NCBI GenBank assembly: GCA_000934665.2
Contig: KZ538057.1
Coordinates: 124,001 to 188,000, forward strand
Length of the DNA stretch: 64,000 nt
Reading direction: 5' to 3'
Origin: Catajapyx aquilonaris
Taxonomy: Eukaryota
A program made the position numbers and the translations under genes. How positions within the stretch are numbered: the first letter of the stretch is position 1; each line of letters opens with the position of its first letter. The notes below the pieces were generated by a model. That model saw only the letters and a program-made list of their open reading frames with translations. It had not been told where the DNA came from and made no database searches. Below are positions 59,417-64,000 of the stretch, piece by piece.

Positions 59417-62400
59417 CCTGCTGTTGAAAGGTACGATCTAGAAACTGAAGGTGATTTATAGTAAGACGCAATTCAAGTGACCCCTAGATTACACTTGTAT
59501 CATATCACTAGGTCCACTCTTGGTACGACAAACACTACGTAACCTAGACCTGTATCTGATCTGATTGTATGCGCTTGACCTGCACCTGTTTTTTGTTGTT
59601 TTTTTTGCAAAAAAAAACACCCTATCCGCACCCACCGTTTTGGTCAAATTGAGGCAAAATCGGTTTTTAATTCGTCCTGCACGCCTACAATTTCCAGCAC
59701 GCGAATCCTGGGTTCTTTTTTTTGTTGTTGTTGTTGTTTAGATGAATCGAAAGTTATGCGGGTGGACAAAGCAAACAGGTAACTTGTCCTGGGAGTCGGG
59801 TCGAGCCCAGGACATAAAAGAGTATTTATTTGTTGTCGCTGATTGTCGCCAGGAAGTTGACGCAATTAGGCTAACGGCTGAATAGCATGAGCGGATAGCA
59901 TTTCAAGTCAGTGTAATTTTTGCGTACAAAATGAGCCTGCCATTTTCAGTATGATGGCAAATTCCGGATGATGCAAACAAGCAGCAGGGAATCAATGATA
60001 ATTTAATCACTAATTTTAAACTAAAATTCAACCTGAGCTCTGTATAATTTCTGAGGCCGGGGCTATACATAAATTATTTTGAAAGCAGATCATATATTTT
60101 TCATCTATCGTATATAGTTACTTCTGACATTATCTGAAAATTTCATTCGTACAGTGCCGCATTGTCTACAACTATTTACGAGCCAAAATTAGAAGAACAC
60201 GATCGATTACAATGGCCACCATTTTCACACGTGCTATTATTACGTGCTCGGAAATGAAACAACGCCAAAAGTTGGTATGTGAGGGTAGAGGGGGTTGGAG
60301 GATTTTTGTGGGGGGTAGAAGTTGAGGATGATGGACGAGGCCGACGAAAGCCGTCCTGCTACATACTGCTGCTTTATCTTATCTCGCTGGTAGATTATGA
60401 AGCTCACGGGATTAATGAAGAGTGAATGTTGGACGCAAAAATCGTTACAGGGCAACTAAAAGAGGGCGCCTTTTCTATTTAGGGCAGGAGTGCAGAAAAG
60501 TGTTAAAAATTAATTAGAGCCCCCCCCCCCCCTTTTTCCTCCCTCTCTTATATTCTACCCAACCCGTAGAAACTGAATGCCCTTTATGACTATAGGGAAA
60601 TATTTTTTTTATAGAACATGGCCATCAGACTAATGTGGGTTATCGGAGAGTTGCAAAATATGGAGTGCTTGCCACTCTTGGCGTTCATTTGCGTCCGGAT
60701 TCCGGACCGCGCATCGATTCCCATACAAATTTCAGGGTGGGCACAAAATTTTTTGTGTGTGTTTCCAACCCAGAACAATCCGCAACTGAGCGTGGGATTT
60801 TCATTTTTCGGTTTTTATTTCCTGTGGGAGGAGAACAGTGTATCTATGAATAGTACAGGTGAGGGGGAGGGAGGGGGTGGAATGTTTCCAATCGAGTACA
60901 TTTACATGCGAGCGGTTCGGTTTTCTTTGAAACAGGTTGCATGCTTACGTCACATTTTAATGCGGTATAGATTTCTCATGCACGAGATATGGAAAATTAA
61001 TGTGGCTAGAAGGGAGGTGGTCTGAAAGTGACCACAGACCGGTGCCTTTGAAGGGGGGGGATCCTCTTAATTGTCACCCCCTCTCCGTGTCATAGAGATT
61101 GTCAAAACAAGGCACGTGACCTGGGTGACCCCGCCCACGCCCTGCAGTGTATATATGTATGCAGACTGCGACATATCCCATTTTGCCTGAATGCGCAAGC
61201 CAACCGAAGCGAACCAATAAACTGCTGTGCTGACCGATATCATCCCAGGCGATAGATAATCGTTAGATAAGACCTGCAGATGTGGCCTTAAGTGGTAGGA
61301 AAGGTCGCCATGGCATTTCGTTCGCCCTACATGGAAAGCACACACTACTGGGTTAGTTATCATGACCTCCGGAGTAGTGGCCTTGCACTATCCTATGCAC
61401 CACTCCGGAGTATATGTCGCAGGTGAACTAGTGGATGCCAACCTGCAGGAATTTTTAAAGAATGTTTATGGAAGAAATGGGCCGGACTGTGGAATTTCAC
61501 ATGTGCCTTTAAATGTTTCTGGGACACTACACTTTTAGTTAATTTTTAAGAAAATTAATTGGAAAAATTGAGCATATTCATATAGTAAAAAGGTGACAAT
61601 TTCCGCTTATTTTCTACTGAAATGTAAGAGGAAATTGTATTGTATTTTATGTGGAAACTGCTACTGGTTCTAAATAAGTGAAAGAATATTCTCAATTTTT
61701 CCTACAAGTACATATTATTTTCAATTTATTGGCATAAGTATATGTAAGTACTGTATACCTGAGTGGAAAGCAAAATTAGTGGGGGAATTCTTTTGCCTAT
61801 ATATTCCACATTATTTTCCTATACTGAAATGAGAGGAAGAATATGTCCATTTCCCACTTTTTAACTTGTAATAAGAAGAAACGTGTACCGCATCGTTCTT
61901 TAGCTTTAAAATTGCTTAAATTTCATGCTAATATTCCGGACGGCGCAACCTGTTACCGCCAATTTTTCAGGCCAATATTCGCGACATCCTGGTTCATATT
62001 CGATCACACGTTGTGCGCTCCATGCACTTTGTACCCCACAAATTATGCAACGTTAACCTTCATGGCCTACACTCTGGCAGCGACTGCACTTTTCATTATC
62101 ACAGCATTTCATGGCCATCCCGTCGACGGAAGCCGGAACCCGGCCATACATTTCTTATTAGATAGCCTGAGTCGTTGACATGCATAGTGCAGGACGTATT
62201 ACAGTCACCAGCGATAGTGCATCTCGGATCGAGTGGGGTCTATTTGTGCTCCTAGTTTGTTATAGCAGTTCCCCGCAATTTCTCCTTTATTTGTGGGCCT
62301 CAAGTGACTGTTCCGCCGAATGATGCTGCACCGAATTTCATCTTTTACGTACTAAGTACAGACGCATCCATCGTGATATCTGAAGGTATTTGTTATGTTC

Positions 62401-63028
62401 AACATCTGCGTATATATTATTCGTATATGATTTCAAGTGTTAATCGCATAACAACCAGACTTTGAGAAAGTGAATTCACCTCAGACATTTCTTTTCTCTC
62501 CAAGAAATAACAAGGTCTGAAAGTGCATATTCGGCCAAACGCGGTTCGACGAAGCGGGGGGAAGACACCCTGAGAAACTACAGCAGAAGAAAAACTCGGT
62601 CACGAAAAATCCTCTAGGTGCATTCAACCTCCATCCCCCATCCCCACCCATTTTTTTTTCTCTCTCTCTCTCCCTTCCCTTCTTATAGCCTCCCCACGTC
62701 CTACCCACCAATTTACGACCGACTGGCTGTGATAGTAGCGTAAAACTGGCGTCGGCGCCGTCGCTGGAAAGCAGAGATTCTCAGATTGCGACGACGCTAG
62801 CTACTCCAGAAGTTTCTTTCCCCCCTCTCTCCATCCACCCTATCCCCCCCGATTTCTACACCAAGCACCTTCCTTCCCCCTGACCACCCCAAGGACAGGT
62901 CGCCTAAATGCAGCTGCACCTATTCCCTGGGGACTCCATACGGCTGACCCCAACTGACCGACATCCGACCTTCACGTCAAAGTCTCCCCCACTCCACCTC
63001 ATCACACTATCTCATTATTTTAGTGGGA

Positions 63029-63050
63029 NNNNNNNNNNNNNNNNNNNNNN
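63029..63050. other. Assembly gap (N run) next to poly-G
   Basis: N run read directly. Confidence 1.
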
Positions 63051-63668
63051 GGGGGGGGGGGGGGGGGGGGGGGACCTACCTTGACTTTAATCATGCGGGT
63101 GGAGCTGCGCAACTTGGCAAATTCCATCGCCTGATTGGGACTATTTTTGGGCTGATTTTGCCTGTAGGCTGAGTGTCTTGCAGTGTTGCAGGTCATTTTT
63201 GGTGGGGGTTCGAAACACGAGGTTCGAAGTAGGTGTCGGAATAAAATACAGGCCAGTTCAGGTCTTGGTACCTGTGAAACGGCTTCCAGACAGTAATACT
63301 CGAGCCGAAGTACTGATGGTTGCATAACTGTAGGATACGTTTGCCCGAATAAGCATTGAGTGCTTGATGATCATAAAATAAATATTTGGTAATAACCTTG
63401 TAATTATAGGACATTTGTTTGTTTACTTATTTATGAGAACTTGACAGGTAAAATGCAATGAACTGGGTGACTGATGGGTCAATTAACATTTAGCGTCACA
63501 TTTGGGGGCTGAATTTTCTGCATATTGCAGCGGCAGTAATGTAATGCACTGTTTCCGCGTAATTATAATTGAGATGGGTTCAATTGATTTGTATTCATAT
63601 AATATGATTTTGCTTTGTACCTGTATGATTGTGTATGGGAGTGAACCGTACATTACAATTTGCAGTGC

Positions 63669-63669
<1 letters not shown>

Positions 63670-63727
<58 letters not shown>
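63670..63727. repeat. (AAT)n microsatellite
   Basis: Read directly from the sequence. Confidence 0.95.
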
Positions 63728-63825
63728 TCATACCCCGTTATCAGCCGGCGGCTCTATAGGGGGAATTTATTTTTTTGTTTTGACTGGAACTCTTTGCTTT
63801 TATTTTATTTGCTTTTTGGGATAGG

Positions 63826-64000
63826 ATAGGGACGGAAGGAAGCGGCTGTGGCATGTTTTTACGGAAACGACCCCGGAATTATCCTGGGAGGACCGTGGAA
63901 AACCACAGAAAACCACGTTCAGGGTCGCCGGCCCCGGGATTCGAACCCAGGACCTCCCGATTAGCAGGCGGACTCCATATCCACTACACCAATCTGCTTC
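63826..64000 (-). mobile_element. tRNA-derived SINE of a type common in hemimetabolous insects
   Basis: ggaaggaagcggctgtggc…cctgggaggaccgtggaaaaccacagaaaacc…ccgggattcgaacccaggacctcccga. The minus-strand B-box reads GGTTCGAATCC. Confidence 0.7.

Noticed and set aside
59440..59462. TATAAA plus TCAGTT upstream of the JHBP ATG as a core promoter
   Set aside because: The spacing is only about 10 nt, and a splice acceptor (ctttcaacag) lies just before the ATG, so the site is probably intronic
60325..60360. Hammerhead-ribozyme-like GACGAG…CGAAA
   Set aside because: Lacks the CUGAnGA core and the three required stems

Overview
This window is eukaryotic and intron-rich. It is most likely arthropod (insect or hexapod), based on a ZAD zinc-finger gene, a JHBP/takeout gene, a Cad96Cb-like cadherin and an insect-type tRNA-Gly. 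No prokaryotic operon, CRISPR array or defence system is present. I reconstructed six protein-coding genes by hand from GT/AG boundaries and reading-frame phase: (1) the 5' part of a divergent S-formylglutathione hydrolase (-, runs off the left edge); (2) a complex PP2A regulatory B'' subunit locus (+, 2178-21681) with two alternative N-termini, a likely GC-AG intron and two candidate terminal exons; (3) a Cad96Cb-like cadherin (+); (4) a ZAD/C2H2 zinc-finger protein (-); (5) PGGHG, a GH65 glucosidase (-); (6) a JHBP/takeout-family protein (-). An antisense intronic tRNA-Gly(TCC) carries a genome-encoded CCA. Introns and intergenic DNA hold tRNA-derived SINEs, several MITEs (two AATT-flanked, one hAT MITE with a perfect 8-bp TSD), Helitron, hAT and possible piggyBac remnants, a perfect 36-bp palindrome and microsatellites. 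I found no convincing new biological system. The most interesting items are the PP2A-B'' isoform architecture and a few RNA-level oddities. All family assignments rest on remembered motifs, not database searches.
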